A stretch of DNA of 59,780 nucleotides, filler included, from Catajapyx aquilonaris (Eukaryota), in NCBI GenBank assembly GCA_000934665.2. It is 3 parts of 3 records of this genome, joined end to end, with 100 filler letters (N's around TTAATTAATTAA, not from the genome) between each part and the next. Parts side by side here need not be neighbours in the genome. Positions count along the whole stretch, not along the records: positions 1 to 19,895 come from JYFJ02006377.1; 2 more parts are not named here. The stretch is one strand, 5' to 3'. Numbering within the stretch: position 1 is the first letter of the stretch; each line of letters begins with the position of its first letter. Shown here piece by piece: positions 1 through 12,899 of the stretch. Below the pieces are notes generated by a model that was not told the DNA's origin, searched no databases, and saw nothing but the letters and a program-made list of their open reading frames with translations. A program made the translations under genes and the position numbers.

Positions 1-287
1 AGAACAACAAATTCATGTTTTCAGGGTGTGTGGAAAATGTAGCACTTTGGGCATCGACATTTGAAGGCTTCTGTATTGGGATTTCAGTAGTGTCACTTGA
101 TGACCCTTGCTTCTGGGAAGGCTGCACGAAACAGACTGGGCATTTTGTCGCGCACACTCTCATTGTCGGGCCAGTAATCAAATTCTTTGAGGTGGTAGTA
201 CAGGAAGTTCAGCCAGGTATCAAACCCCTTGGATGCTGTGCTTTTTGAAAGTCCAAATAAAAAAGCAAGATCAATGTCTTTGCTTCT

Positions 288-1270
288 TTAAGGGGGAATG
301 CAACCCTGAAGCCTTGTTTTTCTGGGTGCAACTTTGCATTTATTTTCTGGGAAACTAAAAATTCCAAATGCACAAGTTTTCTCACATTTATTACACTAAA
401 CTTACACTACTTTCATTTTACAAATGTACCCATCTCGGTGCCCCGTAAACGGGGATTATGAATGTTGCCGTTGAGGGCTGCGCAACATGCTGTGAGTCCA
501 TGGTGGGCGGGCTGCACTCTTAAGCGGTAATCTGTAATATGTGAAAATTTACATATCACTTCTCTGTAAGTGTGACTTTGCGCTGAACCTAAATCGAGAC
601 ATCTCACGTGTTCTTTTCTAAGAAATAATAGGATTTAGAAAGTCGCTACTGCAATTTGTCTATAATTTTGGCAGAAAGATGTGCATAAACCCATTTAAAA
701 GTATTTTGACCTCCAATCTCAGAGGTTCAGCGCAGAAAGACGTGTTGGGTGTCACCAGTAAAAATATCAAATCTGGTGGAACCTCCATTCTTTAGCTATG
801 CCGCCCACCAGGTTGAAATATGTCATTTGTGGGAAAATTGAGTTAAAGAAAAAAATTGAAAATTAATGGGTGGAAAAAATTTTAAGGTCAACTTACCAGT
901 CTCAATCTATGCCTGGCCCATACAAGTGCCCTTCTTCTTCCACTGCCTTGTCTTGGGCTGCCTTCCTTTGCTCCCGAAGAGCTGCCCGGCCTTCTTTGGT
1001 GGACACCAGAGCTCGTGCCTCTGCTTGGGTGACCCTCTTGACATCCCTCTCCTGACACTCAGTCTGACAAGAAGGCCCTGGTGTCACACCCATCTTCTGC
1101 TTGACTGCCATGTATATATTGCTCCCTTCATTAAACACACCGGCATCAATGTAGGCAGCAATTTCGACTGTCGTGGTGCCGCTGCGGCGGCCTCCGTCCC
1201 TAGGTAAATATGAATTACTTGCATTCCTGTAATCCAATTTCATTAAATACATGGATACCTGGGAGCACAA
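288..1270 (-). mobile_element. 3' end of a Kolobok-like (Mutator-like domain) DNA transposon: C-terminal ORF fragment plus terminus
   Basis: ORF 902-1270 ends ...EEEGHLYGPGID*, a C-terminus typical of these transposases; TTAA-GGGGGAATGCAACCC at 288 resembles a Kolobok end (TTAA target site, purine start). Confidence 0.5.
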
Positions 1271-1279
1271 TTTTATTCC

Positions 1280-3111
1280 TTAATCAAATTCTGCTTCGTG
1301 AAGCCATGCCAACATTTTCATTTTAAAGGCGCTCTTCTGCCGCTTGTCCAGTGCCTGGATTCTTGGCAGTACACTTAATAGAAACAGCTTGTCAGGGTCG
1401 TCAGGTGGTGGTGGAGCAGCAAGTCTCTGGAGGACAGCTATCTCGAGTGCCTCTGTCCTTGCCCTCTTCCTTGACGGTGGCTCGAAGTCTTCTCGCAGAC
1501 TAGATGCACCAAGAGTGCTGCTTTCACCTTCTGCTTCTCCTTCACTCCCACCTTCAACCTCCACAGTCTCCTCTTCCTCCACCTCAACTCTCAGCATGTG
1601 GCCGTCCCAGTTTCCTGATTGGCTGAAAGTGACAAAACAATCAGTTTATTGCGCCAGAAATGCAAGAGTTGCATTGCATCCAGTGTTTTCATGGCTACAT
1701 CCCTATTTTTAATACTCTGTTTGGATGGAAAGATGGACACATGTAGTCAGAAGGCAGGCTAATCTCCACAATAGGACAGCTTGAACAATTGGCTAGAAGC
1801 ATTTCATAATGGACACAACATGTAAGCCGCAACCAGTATGATGCAGTTAGTGTGAAGCAAGAGGAGTTGATTAGAGGAAAATAAAATCACCTCCGAGGCT
1901 TCGTTACTGCCTCCAAGAACTGGTGGAGTAGGCTGAACAATGGCCACTTCTTCCGTAACACAGCCTCGGAGCCACTTCGGCCATCTCCGAGCGCCTTCTT
2001 TTCCCGGACATATTTATCCATCAGGCTCTTCCACCTCGCCTTGGCTTCGGCAACTGTAAATAAAACATTTCATTAAGACCTTATCAGGGTAATGTCAATT
2101 TCTGATTCCCAATACTGCTTGATGTGAATTACCAAGGCACATCCATATAGCCTACCATGTGAAAGAAAATATTGGGATTGGGATTACTTATGAATGGAAC
2201 ATGGGTGCACACATTGAGCAGCAAGCTTTTTACTCTATTCTGATTGGTAATTGCATGGATAAATTATTATTATTACCGACCCTTCCATTTTGCTGTTCGG
2301 GTGCCATGTACATATTAATAAATTAAAAACATTTCATAGCATTTCACACAAGCTACTTGCCACAAGTAATGACTGCCATTACATATATAATGACCATGTG
2401 ATAAGCACACTCCTATGACTTTGTGAAGGGAAATTTGTGCTAAACGGTGACTGGGTAAAGTTCATATCACCACTCACGCCTGCATGCAACAATGCAGGTA
2501 CTGTACAATGTGAAGTTGTAAACTGGAAACCATTAAAACAGCATCAAATCAACTCTTAGAAATCTTGAAATAAGCTTGTAATGTTTTTTTGTTGGTAAAA
2601 AGCATTTTAAACCCTTAAAAATTGATGCTCAATGGGAAACTCAGTAGCTTGCTCAGTAATGATGCTCTTTTAATGCCGTGCGGTTTGGCCGCCATTCCTA
2701 CTGCTGCTACTCAATGGCAAGGAACTGAAGGAAGGGATGGTTGGGAGGGGTCCGCGAGTGCAATGGTGTTTGATGTAGCCCCCTAGGTCAGTGCAACCAT
2801 GCATGTGGTCTTGTGTTCCAGCAGTACGAGTATACTCCCCAGTCATGCTGTAGTCCTTGGCCAGCTTCTCCCAGTGGTGTTCTTTCACGTCGGTGTTGCG
2901 GTACTCCCGCAGCCTAATGTCCCAAATAATTGGGACACTTTGCACCACAGTCACGAAGACTTCGTCCGTAGCAGCCATCTTTTTCTTTGACAAAGGAACG
3001 GTATTTCAAGGAACACAATTATAACTTCAAGGGACACATGTACCACTTTGAAGTCACACTTACCTTACTGATCACGCATGGTGTAGTAGGTGCTTCACAA
3101 TTGACGTCCAT
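1280..3111 (-). pseudogene. Spliced MADF-BESS domain gene, probably a Harbinger/PIF accessory gene; exons 3064-3111, 2840-2984, 1891-2053, 1280-1622
   Basis: MADF motifs VQSVPIIWDIRLREYRN...HWEKLA and AKARWKSLMDKYVRE...KWPLF; BESS motif DPDKLFLLSVLPRIQAL...FKMKMLAWLHEAEF; exon phases are compatible, but the donor at 2839 reads GGGAGT instead of GTGAGT. Confidence 0.75.
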
Positions 3112-3299
3112 TGCAGGGAGAAGGAAAGGTTGGGGTCCTGGGTTTTACATATTGGGTCTCCTGACATCCACGAACTTTTCCTATAGGCTATACATTTCTA
3201 CAATGCTAAATTATTACCACACTTACTAATTACTACACCCATTTATGTACACTACATTCTACAACACTCCCCTGCACTTCACATTTTCAGTTCTACTCG

Positions 3300-3960
3300 T
3301 AGGCGGGTCGCAAATGCACGCACATTCTCAGAACTTATGCACCGTGTCTGCTAGTTGTTGGGTCAGGGTCGATAGGGCTGGCGCTGAAGTAAATTGTGTC
3401 AACAACGCTTTCTTAATCTTTTCCCAAGTGTCAATGGTTGATTCCGGAAGCGAATTTAAATACGCCCGCGCTTCACCGGCTAACTTCAACTGCAGGACTT
3501 ATATTTTTTTGCCTTCTTCTACACCTGCCAATTCCGCTGCTATTTCCATGTCGGCGATAAAATCCCTAATGTCCTGGCCGCAATTCCTTCCGCTATAACT
3601 GGCCACTGTGGTCAGCACCCCCATGTTCAGCGTCCTGATGTTTACCACCTGTGGGTCATTACCCGTTCCTGGCATGTTGAACTTTGAGTAGGATAACCCA
3701 CCCCAATTGTACCAGTAATTTTGGTCAAAAAAGTGCCCTGTCTTCCAAAATATCGCCTGATGTCTCCGTAATATGACTCCTACCTTAATCGCACCTTTCA
3801 TTGACTCAGTATAACCCTATCCTACCGACTGCTGCCATTTGTAACGGTTATTTTGGGGTGATATAGGTGTAGGAATGGGGGTGGGGATGAGGAAAAGGGG
3901 TTGGGGATGAGGGGGAGTCTCTTTGTTCCAGCCTGATCTCCCCCCCCCCTCCCCCCGTAG
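3300..3960 (-). mobile_element. Gypsy LTR retrotransposon 5' fragment: LTR end, primer-binding site and degenerate gag
   Basis: On the minus strand ...GTTACA (LTR end at 3840) is followed by AA and TGGCAGCAGTCGGTAGGAT; gag-like YSGRN...DIRDFIADMEIAAEL...*VLQLKLAGEARAYLNSLPESTIDTWEKIKKALLTQF contains an internal stop. Confidence 0.75.
3819..3837 (-). promoter_or_regulatory. Primer-binding site complementary to a tRNA-Ser 3' end
   Basis: TGGC(A)GCAGTCGGTAGGAT matches the complement of the invertebrate tRNA-Ser end ...AUCCUACCGACUGCG-CCA (recalled, not searched) with one extra base; it lies 2 nt after the LTR terminal CA. Confidence 0.7.
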
Positions 3961-4289
3961 TGGGAGGTTACATAGCTCCTACTTCATCTGGAGGGTGCCT
4001 GCCAGCATCGACCTTATCACATGCTTCACGTTGTTGCCACCAATTCGTGACAGCTGACGCGTCTGATGTAGTGGGGGAATAATAACAATGAAATACAATC
4101 CGAGCTCTTGTACCACCAACAAACTCTCCCTCCAGTCGCATTATCAGCAGGGACGATGACCCATGTTTATGGGACACATTCAACACAGGGCAAGCCCCTC
4201 CTTGCGCTGGGAATTCAACAACACTGTAACTCGTCATTGTTTCTCTGAAAAGTAAGAAACACATTCTTAGCTCAAGGCTGCAATAATCT

Positions 4290-4993
4290 GGGGCCTGTAT
4301 GATTGCATAGGCAGTTTGTGCCTGTGTCTGGACAGGTTTTCCATGGACAACTTTTTCTGCCAGTTCCTCACTACTTCCTCGGCATGTTTTGATGCGATGT
4401 GCATCCGATCCTCTCGACACACGAAATGCTCTCTCGCGCAACCAGCACCGTGAACCTTGCACCGCATCAACCAGCATTTTGAGTTTAGTTTCGTCACACG
4501 CTACATTTTGTCTGTACCACTCCGATGATTCAGCACTCTACTCAACAGGAAATATTTTGAAACTCGTTTCCCCACACATTTCGGCTCACTACACTTTGTA
4601 CCTGGTCAACACTCCGGTCTGCATGATTTTCTCCTTGGCAGTATCTTGTGCACTCTCTTGTAAATTCCTCTCCACTCCAAGAATCAATGTTCCCATGACA
4701 CCTTCTGCAGCTGCTTCATCGTCTTCTTTTTTGAGAGAATTGATGAAAGGACAGTTAATGTCAGGGAATGCTGCCAACATGGATTCGGGGAAAACTTTTT
4801 TCACGTTCACTTTTATTTTAGGTGGTCCGAAAAATGTTTCCAATAATGCTGCCTTCTTGTAGCTATGGCATTTGCTCGCTGGTAGGCCCCACGACTGGGG
4901 CTGAGAAGTGACAGATTCGGCAATTTCCTCGTTAATTGCATACGTCATGGCAGCTGCAGCAGGGCCTAATATAAGGATTTGTTCGGACTGCAC
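4290..4993 (-). pseudogene. Degenerate transposon-associated protein fragment leading into a YqaJ-like nuclease N-terminus
   Basis: SVTSQPQSWGLP resembles the motif that follows SWIM fingers; VQGSRCWLRERAFRVSRGSDAHRIKT resembles the start of a YqaJ domain; frameshifted. Confidence 0.5.
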
Positions 4994-5483
4994 ATTAGGC
5001 TCTCAAAGTCACACAGGCTTCACTGGAATATAATTGTAATAATATTAGGCAGGTTCCAAAAGGTTAAAATATTATATTTAACTCTGTCATCAGATATAAC
5101 AAACAGTACCTTTACATTTTTCTTTTTTGCATCATAAAACACACAAAACCATATCAAAAAAGACAAGGGACATTACATTTGCATTACTTTTCTTTACATT
5201 TCTTTACATTTTCCTTCACATTTTTCATTCTCAAAACATGTAGGTTGCACACGAAGAAATATAAGATATAAAGTACATGCATTATGTGACATTAAAGTGG
5301 CATCAAAGTGACAGCAGAAATTGGAAAAACGTAGCAGGAAATATATTACAGTTGCATACTTCTATTTACTCGTGTATATTACATGGATTACCCTGTTAGA
5401 ATGAGAGAATAAGTCAAAATGCCATGTAAGTTATTAGAATGAGACCTTCGATGAAGGAGGTTCTGATTCCAGTTGTTCACACG

Positions 5484-6113
5484 TCAACGATCTCGGGAAC
5501 ACATGAGCGAACCACTCTTGGTGCCTAGCCTTAGGTGCCTGACGTTTCCGTCGATAGTGTCCGCTTGCAATGATTCCCGATCAGGTGTCTTCACCAGATT
5601 ATAGAACGAGATGAGCCTCTCCACGTCGGCGCTTGATGGTGTTGCAGCCACAACTCTGGCGACCGCAATGAAGAGACTCGTCCACTGCTTGATGGATGCA
5701 AGCAGTGGCAAACATTCCGAGCACTTCCTGCCAGAAAACCGCTCATCTGCCGATGCTTCGCGATAGCTGGCCGCGAAGTCGATCAAGGAAAGGTCTGGAC
5801 ATATCTTCTGATGAGCTGCACGAAGCGCCGAATCAGAGACATCCATGTTGAATCGCTCTAGAGGTAGTAGATCGGCAAACTCCGTTGGGTCCAACCGTTC
5901 TTTCACAAAGTTTATGAGGGCATGCAGCGCGTCGTTGCGAACGGCTGTAAAACAGCGCCGGTCCGTCACAAACTTGTTGTGTGCACTGGCACGACGAGGG
6001 GGTGGCACGAAAACATTTATTCCATGCAGTGTTGCAGCTGAAGCAGCTCCATTTGGTCTATCACTGTTAAAAAGGATGGAGCCAAATGGCACCATGTAAG
6101 GGTGCCAACCCAT
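5484..6113 (-). mobile_element. hAT transposase C-terminal fragment (dimerisation domain)
   Basis: ARVVAATPSSADVERLISFYNLVKTPDRESL matches the hAT dimerisation motif. Confidence 0.75.
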
Positions 6114-6337
6114 GTCCCACCTGCAGCACCCTTAATGGAGCCGATTGTCACCCTTTTTTTGGGGTGACAATTGGCACCCTATGAGGAAGGTGGCAAAAGG
6201 GACGACAGGGGTGCCATTTGGCACCCCTTGTTGAACTTGGGCAAGGGTGCCAGTTGTCACCCAAGGGTTCCTTTTGGTTCCCTTCTGCACATTGATAAGG
6301 GTGCCAGTTGTCACCCAAGGATTCCTTTTGGTTCCCT
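6098..6337. repeat. Cluster of direct and inverted GGGTGCC/GGCACCC/GTCACCC repeats, resembling transposon subterminal repeats (possibly CACTA/CMC)
   Basis: AAGGGTGCCAGTTGTCACCCAAGG.TTCCTTTTGGTTCCCT occurs at 6243 and 6297, with shorter inverted copies upstream. Confidence 0.55.
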
Positions 6338-6673
6338 CATAAATGATTGTTCAATTTAAAAAGAGTCTGGTTTATGAATGACTAATTTGGAGGGAAATGC
6401 TTTTAAAGAATGTATAACCCTTCATAAAACATAGCAGAAAAATGCATACGTATTTTGGATTTGCAATTCGTAATTTTCAACCTATTTCTTAGATCGTCGT
6501 TTGGTTTTCCGCACTTTAATTATGTGGAATATATACCATGTAATGTAATGCCTAAAACAAGACGCTGGAAAACAAAGTTGATGGAAATTACATTTGATTG
6601 AAGTGGAAAAATGTGTTTTTTGGACCAACTTATACTTTATTAAAAAGCGTCATAACGCTCTTGGGCACATGCT

Positions 6674-7961
6674 TCACAGATTATTTTTTTTAAACACGCA
6701 AGTGTCGAAGAAAATCAATGTTTTTTTGGTACTCTGGTTGTAGGAGATCCCAAAGACCCAGTACAATGAAAACCAGAGGATTATCGCTGTAATCCCATTC
6801 TTCACTTTAAGAATTTCCACCCCATCTAGGTAGATTGTGTAGGTGCTGTCCACGTCAAAGATGGTAGTGTTAGTGGAAACCGTCAACGCCGGATAAGGCG
6901 CTGTGGGCTGCATAGTCGCCAGTACTTTTTCATTCAAGCATAGAGGGATCATCAACAAGTTGAAGAGCGCATCATTTTCTGAAATGTTGGAAAATGACTT
7001 ATGTGATAATAATCAATGGACAACACAGACTATACCATCTGTTGCTACGGTCACTTCATATGCTTGCTTTAGGGGATGTGGCCGTAACTTCAACTTGGCA
7101 CTTGATGCCAATCCAGCCCCATGCCGTCGCAGAAAATCAATGAGTCTTGAGGGTGTGATCCCGTAGATCCCGGCTTCTTCGAGCAGCTAGAATATATTCC
7201 ATGAGAAATCAGGGGTTTAGCGATATACATCTTAGGAAGAAAGGCATAATACAAACGACTGATGACATTATAAAATAGTTCATACCTGTTCCTCCATCTT
7301 CAGCGCCGGGTACTTCTGCAGTACATCTTTTACCGAGTTTTCCCGCATGAACTGGGTCCTTGAAAAGCGTGTCCTGGCCATTTTGTCGTTAACGATCTTC
7401 ATGTCAGGCACTCGAGATTGGCACTGTTCGTCATCACCTTCTCGTGATGTGCCAGGGTGCTGGCATCTTCAGCCTGAATTGCATCCTAAAATGAATTACG
7501 ATCAGAAATTGCCAACCAGTAACAACTGAAATATGCACTGCATGCAAATATGAACTGCATGCACGTATAAAAGTAGAAACAAATGTCTCACTTCTTCAGG
7601 TGCCTGATAACGAGCTTCTAGAACAAGTGGCTCGTTATCCGGCAAAGCCTCCTTCGTCTTCTTCCCCCCATACTTCTGTCCCATCACCTCCATCTCCTCA
7701 TTCGCAACCAGCTGGCAATGGCGGCTTCGAAATTTTTTGAATTTGTCTTGTAGGCTCTTGCGCCACAGTGCCTATAATAGTTTCATGGTATGAAGTACAT
7801 AGAGAGACACTCAAGTGCAAAGGATATAATGACCAACAGTGCATGATTCAAAATAGAACTTACATGTGGTTTTGCATTTAGGAATGGTTTCCCTTTCAAA
7901 TGTGGGTACCTGTCTACAAGCTTTTCACTTGCCTGTTCGTACATTCTTGCAGATGGGTAGC
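6674..7961 (-). pseudogene. Multi-exon SAMD3-like gene fragment (a family often found inside CACTA/CMC elements)
   Basis: Exons read YPSARMYEQASEKLVDRYPHLK, ALWRKSLQDKFKKFRSR, SVKDVLQKYPALK, and a C-terminal AIILWFSLYWVFGISYNQSTKKTLIFF; GT-AG introns are present. Confidence 0.6.
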
Positions 7962-8199
7962 TATGGAAGAGGTCAGTAATAGCATATGTATTTAGTTTGC
8001 TTATACTGTATAATGTCGTTCACTGAAATTATTTTGAGCAATATATTGTGCCAGCAATCTATGGCATACATGGAAATAATAGAAACTGAAGGGGTGGTCA
8101 CTACAGCTGGAAAAGCGCATACAGAGCAGTTTCTGAGCATGCAGTGTTGAAGCCTTAATGCTCACATGTCGTATCTGACCAAATCATCGAACAACGTCT

Positions 8200-9370
8200 C
8201 AATAATTTTGAGACGGCACTTCCCAAGCTTAGCAATAAAATCATGCTTTCTTAATGCCACCAGTCGGCCCATAAGCGTTTCAAGGAAGTCATCAGTTTCT
8301 TTCTTTCTTTCTTTTTTGTAATTTCTTCCAACGTTGTGTGATCAACAGATACCCAAGATTTGTAGGTGATCTTGTCGCTTCCATGCTCCTCGAATGCATC
8401 ATGGATGGCAGTCTGCAGGCTCTGCATACTGTCGCACAAAGGACAGAGTTTGCTTCCGTCTTTGTAGAGTTCATCATCACTACATTAATCGCTCGTTTTA
8501 GGTTCCCTCGAGGCCGAGCTTGAGCTCTTGCACATGGCACAGTCATTCATAAAGCAAGCAGGCTGAGGAGGAATGCATGTCATTAGGGCCAGTAGATGTT
8601 TGTATGTGTCGTATATGTGATCCGGGGTGGTCACAGGTCCGGGCAGGAATGTAGGGGGAGGGAGCAAGCAAATCAACGTCTGTACACATAGCTAGCGTTC
8701 ACAAGACTGCCTTTTATTTCCTACTCCCGCCAGGAGACAGGAGTGTATGGGTCAGTACACAGAGGGGAACAGCAGGGTTATAAATATGACAGTATGTAAC
8801 ATTGCCGGAGTAGTTCTCAATAAGATCCGAAAATGCTGGGGTAGATTTCATTTGGAAACCTTCATCAACTTCATGTTTTGGTGTAGGACACAAGTGCACA
8901 CGTTGTGAGAACCACTGGAATCGGCCAACACTACGTTCTTTGGACGCAACTCGGCGAACTTGCTGGATCCAACTTTGACAGTGGGATGCTCGTCTCGAAA
9001 ATGACTGAACGCTTCCAACACATTACACAACAGCAGTCGCTTCTGCACGAGCTCCCTTTGTCCACCAATTCGTACTGCAGCACAATCCTTCTTTCCTGGC
9101 ATAAGACGACTGATATCATCCCTTTCATAAAAAGACTTAGCAATTCCCACTGTCTTCGCATCCAGTGTCTGTCCTGGTCTTGGATTTGGCGATGAAAGCA
9201 CTCTTTTCTCTTCTTGTAGTTATTTTGCGCGCCTTGCCATGTGATAGGTCGTGCCAAATTCATTCATGATATTTCGTATGCTCCAGCTACGAGGCAACAC
9301 TGTCTTTCACTTTGTTTGTGTACAACTTTAAATTTGTCTTTCAGTTGGGACACCATTTCCTCGCCACAGT
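8200..9370 (-). mobile_element. Degenerate DNA-transposase fragment of the 'Cc8L18.2-like' type (possibly Sola)
   Basis: FYERDDISRLMPGKKD...VQKRLLLCNVLEAF..F...HP.VKVGSSKFAELRPK.VV...SGSHNVCTCVLHQNMKL, then CFMNDCAMC, ITYKSWVSVD and KHDFIAK; frameshifted. Confidence 0.6.
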
Positions 9371-9756
9371 AATGTGTGGCCCAGCTTGATTTTGGCAGTG
9401 TAATGGGACACAATATGTACTTTCTTATGGTACATAAATTTTAAAAATCGAAGATGTCTGAATTTGTCAAAAATTGGGTCAAAGGTCATAATATGTAACG
9501 CCATGGACTGAACAGAATCGTAAGTGATATTTTGACAGACTCTTCCCTTCTACCAAAGTTAAGTGCAGTGAGGTAGGGTCGCGACATGTATTTTGATAGG
9601 GGGAGTGTCCGGGAACTGATTTAGACACTACTTGGGGAAAACTGGCCCCCTACATAAGAGAACTATATTCTACTGTGTATTGCACATAAAATGAATAGGC
9701 TACTTGTGAGTTAGTTTTCAACATTTTATTAATCAGGCAAAACTGGACAGGATTTC

Positions 9757-10981
9757 TCATCGAAGTCCCACACGAGCTGCAACATTGCTTTTTTCGAACT
9801 GCCTCTGTTTGGCCGCCGGGATATCCAGATATAGTGACTTCACATACTTTGAGAGCTGCGCATACTTTGAGGGCTTCTGATTGATTCTCCTGAAAAGAAG
9901 CATGAATTACAAATTATGGGTGTGAGAGGTTAAAACAGGTTATGACTAGAGACACTGGAATTTGTTGGAATGAAAATTGAAAATTGGTGGAATGAATCAA
10001 GAAATTGTTGGTATACAAGGAAGTTGATTTCCACACTGAAAAAACCAGACGGTCTCATTGTTTGCTTTCATACGCAAACGATGACAGAATTTCCAAGTTG
10101 GTAAGTGACAAATTCGTGCGTTTATCAGAGAGCACTATGGAATATGTGGAAAAAATTCTTTCACAGTCAACATTTGACACTGGAAACCAAACTCCTCTCA
10201 GACTGCGTGTAGAAAAATCTCTTCCTGCATCGCCAGAAGGGCATCAAAGACTGACACATCTTTGCTACGGACCATGTCCAATAATTCCCTCAACCCAAGA
10301 ACAGCACCTTCTATATTGTAATTCTGCAAGCTTGGAACACTAATCTTCTCATTGATCCCTTCAGCACATCCTCTGCCAAATTCAAAGTCAGCAAGTTCTC
10401 CTTGCAAAACAGTTTTGATAATTATGCCCTTCCAAAATATCCCTAGCAGGATCACCTTCAATATTAGTTTATTCAACTTCAGCAACACCTTTCCTGCGAC
10501 TGCTCTAAGGGTGGTTTTACACAGAGTTCGTTCTGCTTGTGACATCTCCTGCTTTCAGCCACACAGTTAGAAAATGTACCTTCGTGGTTGACTGTCAGCT
10601 TTTTTTGCAGAAATGCGAGTTTTTTCCGGTATTGTAAACAAATTGTCGTAAACAGCAGAAATTGTTGGCATCTTGCCATTTATGTCCAAATTGTCGATAT
10701 GGACGTAATTCCGCTGCACCTTCAATTTGTGCTCGCCAACTGCAATCAGCTGCACTTCTAGCTGAAGGGAAAAACAAACCGGTCAAAAACAGAGTATTCA
10801 TCACTTCATAAAACTCTCCACAAAGGCATGTGCAACTCACCTTGCCACCCATGATTTTAGTGACAATATTGTTCGTCTCGAAGGTGACAGTAGCAATGAT
10901 ATCAGACTCGACGTTTGCTGCAGCCTCAGGGTACGGCCTCACATACACCGCCAGTATGTGCCCATATGGATGGAAATATTT
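9757..10981 (-). pseudogene. 3' part of a spliced gene with an RRM-like segment; exons 10841-10981, 10580-10761, 9757-9889
   Basis: KYFHPYGHILAVYV...IATVTFE is RRM-like; GT-AG junctions keep the frame through to TGA at 9757; AATAAA on the minus strand at 9725-9730. Confidence 0.45.
10070..10545 (-). mobile_element. hAT-type (CGGBP1-like) transposase C-terminal fragment nested in an intron
   Basis: After a frameshift the ORF reads LRGVWFPVSNVDCERIFSTYSIVLSDKRTNLSLTNLE, a hAT dimerisation motif. Confidence 0.65.
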
Positions 10982-11709
10982 CTGCAAATGTTAACATGGG
11001 ATGAACCAAGGTTTTTAAAACAACAAGCTGCATGACTTGTGTGTCCATATACAGTATTATTTTATGCAGCTACAAGTTCACAATTCTCGCACTACCAGTT
11101 AGTTCACTAGTAACACGGGGCATCAACAGGTGAGCATATGTCATACAATTGAGTAATGAAAAGCATATTTATGAGTGAAAAATGGAGCTAAATACAATCT
11201 ATGAAAAATGGCTGTGCAAATTACCATTACTTCCTCTTCCCCCCATTCACTTGGGACCCACACCTTAATTGCCTTACGGGCTATTTCTTGGTGAGTCGGA
11301 CTGGGAGTTCGAAGACTTCGCTCCTGAACTGAAATGGAAACAACAGTTACAAATAACTGCCACCACACTTTCCCTAGGCACTGATGCAATTGATCAGCTG
11401 ACAGAATGACCACTTGTTTCGCAACAATAAGATCATGCCAGCTGAATTGTCGGATTTCCATTATGACATTTTCCAGTGTCTCTAGTTATGACTCCTTTTT
11501 GACAAAAGAAAGGTATGCAATGACGTCACAGTTTGTGTGTTACTTTACTTAATAAATTGGGGGAAAAAAGATACTGAAGATTTTCATTTGACATAGTAAA
11601 TTAGCCTCGAATATCTGCTAACGTTCCCACCAGAACATTGTCCACGTGTGTCAGTGGTGCCGATGCTGGCGGTGCCAGCTTCCTTCTCTTTGGCTTAGGT
11701 TCAGTGTCA

Positions 11710-12010
11710 TGTGAACCAGGCTAGGTAGAGTGGGGGGCTCTATGTCAAATAGATCCATCATTCCTCGGGCAAGGTCCTTCCGCAAAGCACTTGCTGAAAT
11801 ATTCTTGTCTATCATTGTACCTCCTATCTCCTCTCGCTGTTTTGAAGTCATGGGCCGTTTCCTAACGCATGAGTGGTCGTCTCCTATGTCCCACACGTGG
11901 ACCTCAAGATCTAGACCATACATTCCAGGATCACTGGGAGGGGGATTAGGGCAGGTGGCAACAAGTTCGGCCCCACAGCCACAAGTACCGCGAATTTTGA
12001 GATAGTGCTG
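11710..12010 (-). mobile_element. NOF-FB/MULE-like protein fragment
   Basis: FRGTCGCGAEL...DHSCVRKRPMTSKQRE...SASALRKDLARGMMDLFDIEPPTLP resembles the NOF N-terminal region. Confidence 0.5.
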
Positions 12011-12099
12011 TGCGTCATCTCCTCTTGCGACATGATGTCCTTCAAAGCTCCAGGAGCATGCGAACTTTTTTTTCTTCCATATTTCAGCAGCGAGGATAT

Positions 12100-12865
12100 T
12101 GCTCCAAATACCTTCTTCGAGAACAGTGTACTTTCTTGTATGCTCGTGCCTTCCAAGTGTTTCAAGGTGTTGATGCCATCTTCTGCCCCCAAGCCCAGGT
12201 ACAACTGATCCAGGGCAATGAGTCTTTCTGGATTGCCTGTTTCTACTTGTAAGATGTCGATGTTCTTCACATATGACAGCGGCATGAAGTTACTGCACAG
12301 GTGTTTCAAAAGCCGCTCTACTTCAGGCTTCAGTCTGTGAAGTAGAGGGCTTTCAGATTGGAACATCAGATTAAAATCATTCCAGTACATATGACATGAA
12401 GTTTAAATACAACTCGGTGAATTTATTTTCCATGGTCTGCAGCATTTCAGATAAAGTGATGGAAGGATCGTCTAGGACATATTCTCGAAGGTACTCCTTC
12501 AGAGGTGTGTACTGTTCCCAGACTCTGTCTACGCAAGCTTTCAATGACAACCACCTAGTTGTGGCCGGAGAAAGAATTTTGTGGACTGTCACGTGAAAAA
12601 ACTCTTGGAATTCTTGAAAGCGCTTCTGGCGTGAATAACTCCTATTGAAGTGAGCCCCAAAATTCCTCAATAAATCTTCCACAGAATGTGGTAGCTTCTT
12701 GCAGGCCGCGGACGCTGCGAGATGTATCATGTGACACGAACATTTCACATATGCGATGTCTGGAATATCTCCTTTCAAAAGGGCAAAGACAGAATGGTGT
12801 CGTCCAGCCATCACATTGGTGGTGTCGGAAGAAAATTTTTCCATAACGACCAATGCCTCCAGCAA
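12100..12865 (-). mobile_element. hAT transposase core fragment, frameshifted
   Basis: FSSDTTNVMAG, KCSCHMIHLAAS, F.RS..RQ..F.EFQ, TRWLSL..CV.RV.EQY, FNLMFQSE. Confidence 0.85.
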
Positions 12866-12899
12866 CCATAATCTTAAGGCTGAATTTGGGTTTCTGTAT

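Noticed and set aside
6098..6337. Repeats as a CRISPR-like array
   Set aside because: Only two long copies with irregular inverted sub-repeats, no unique spacers, and a eukaryotic context
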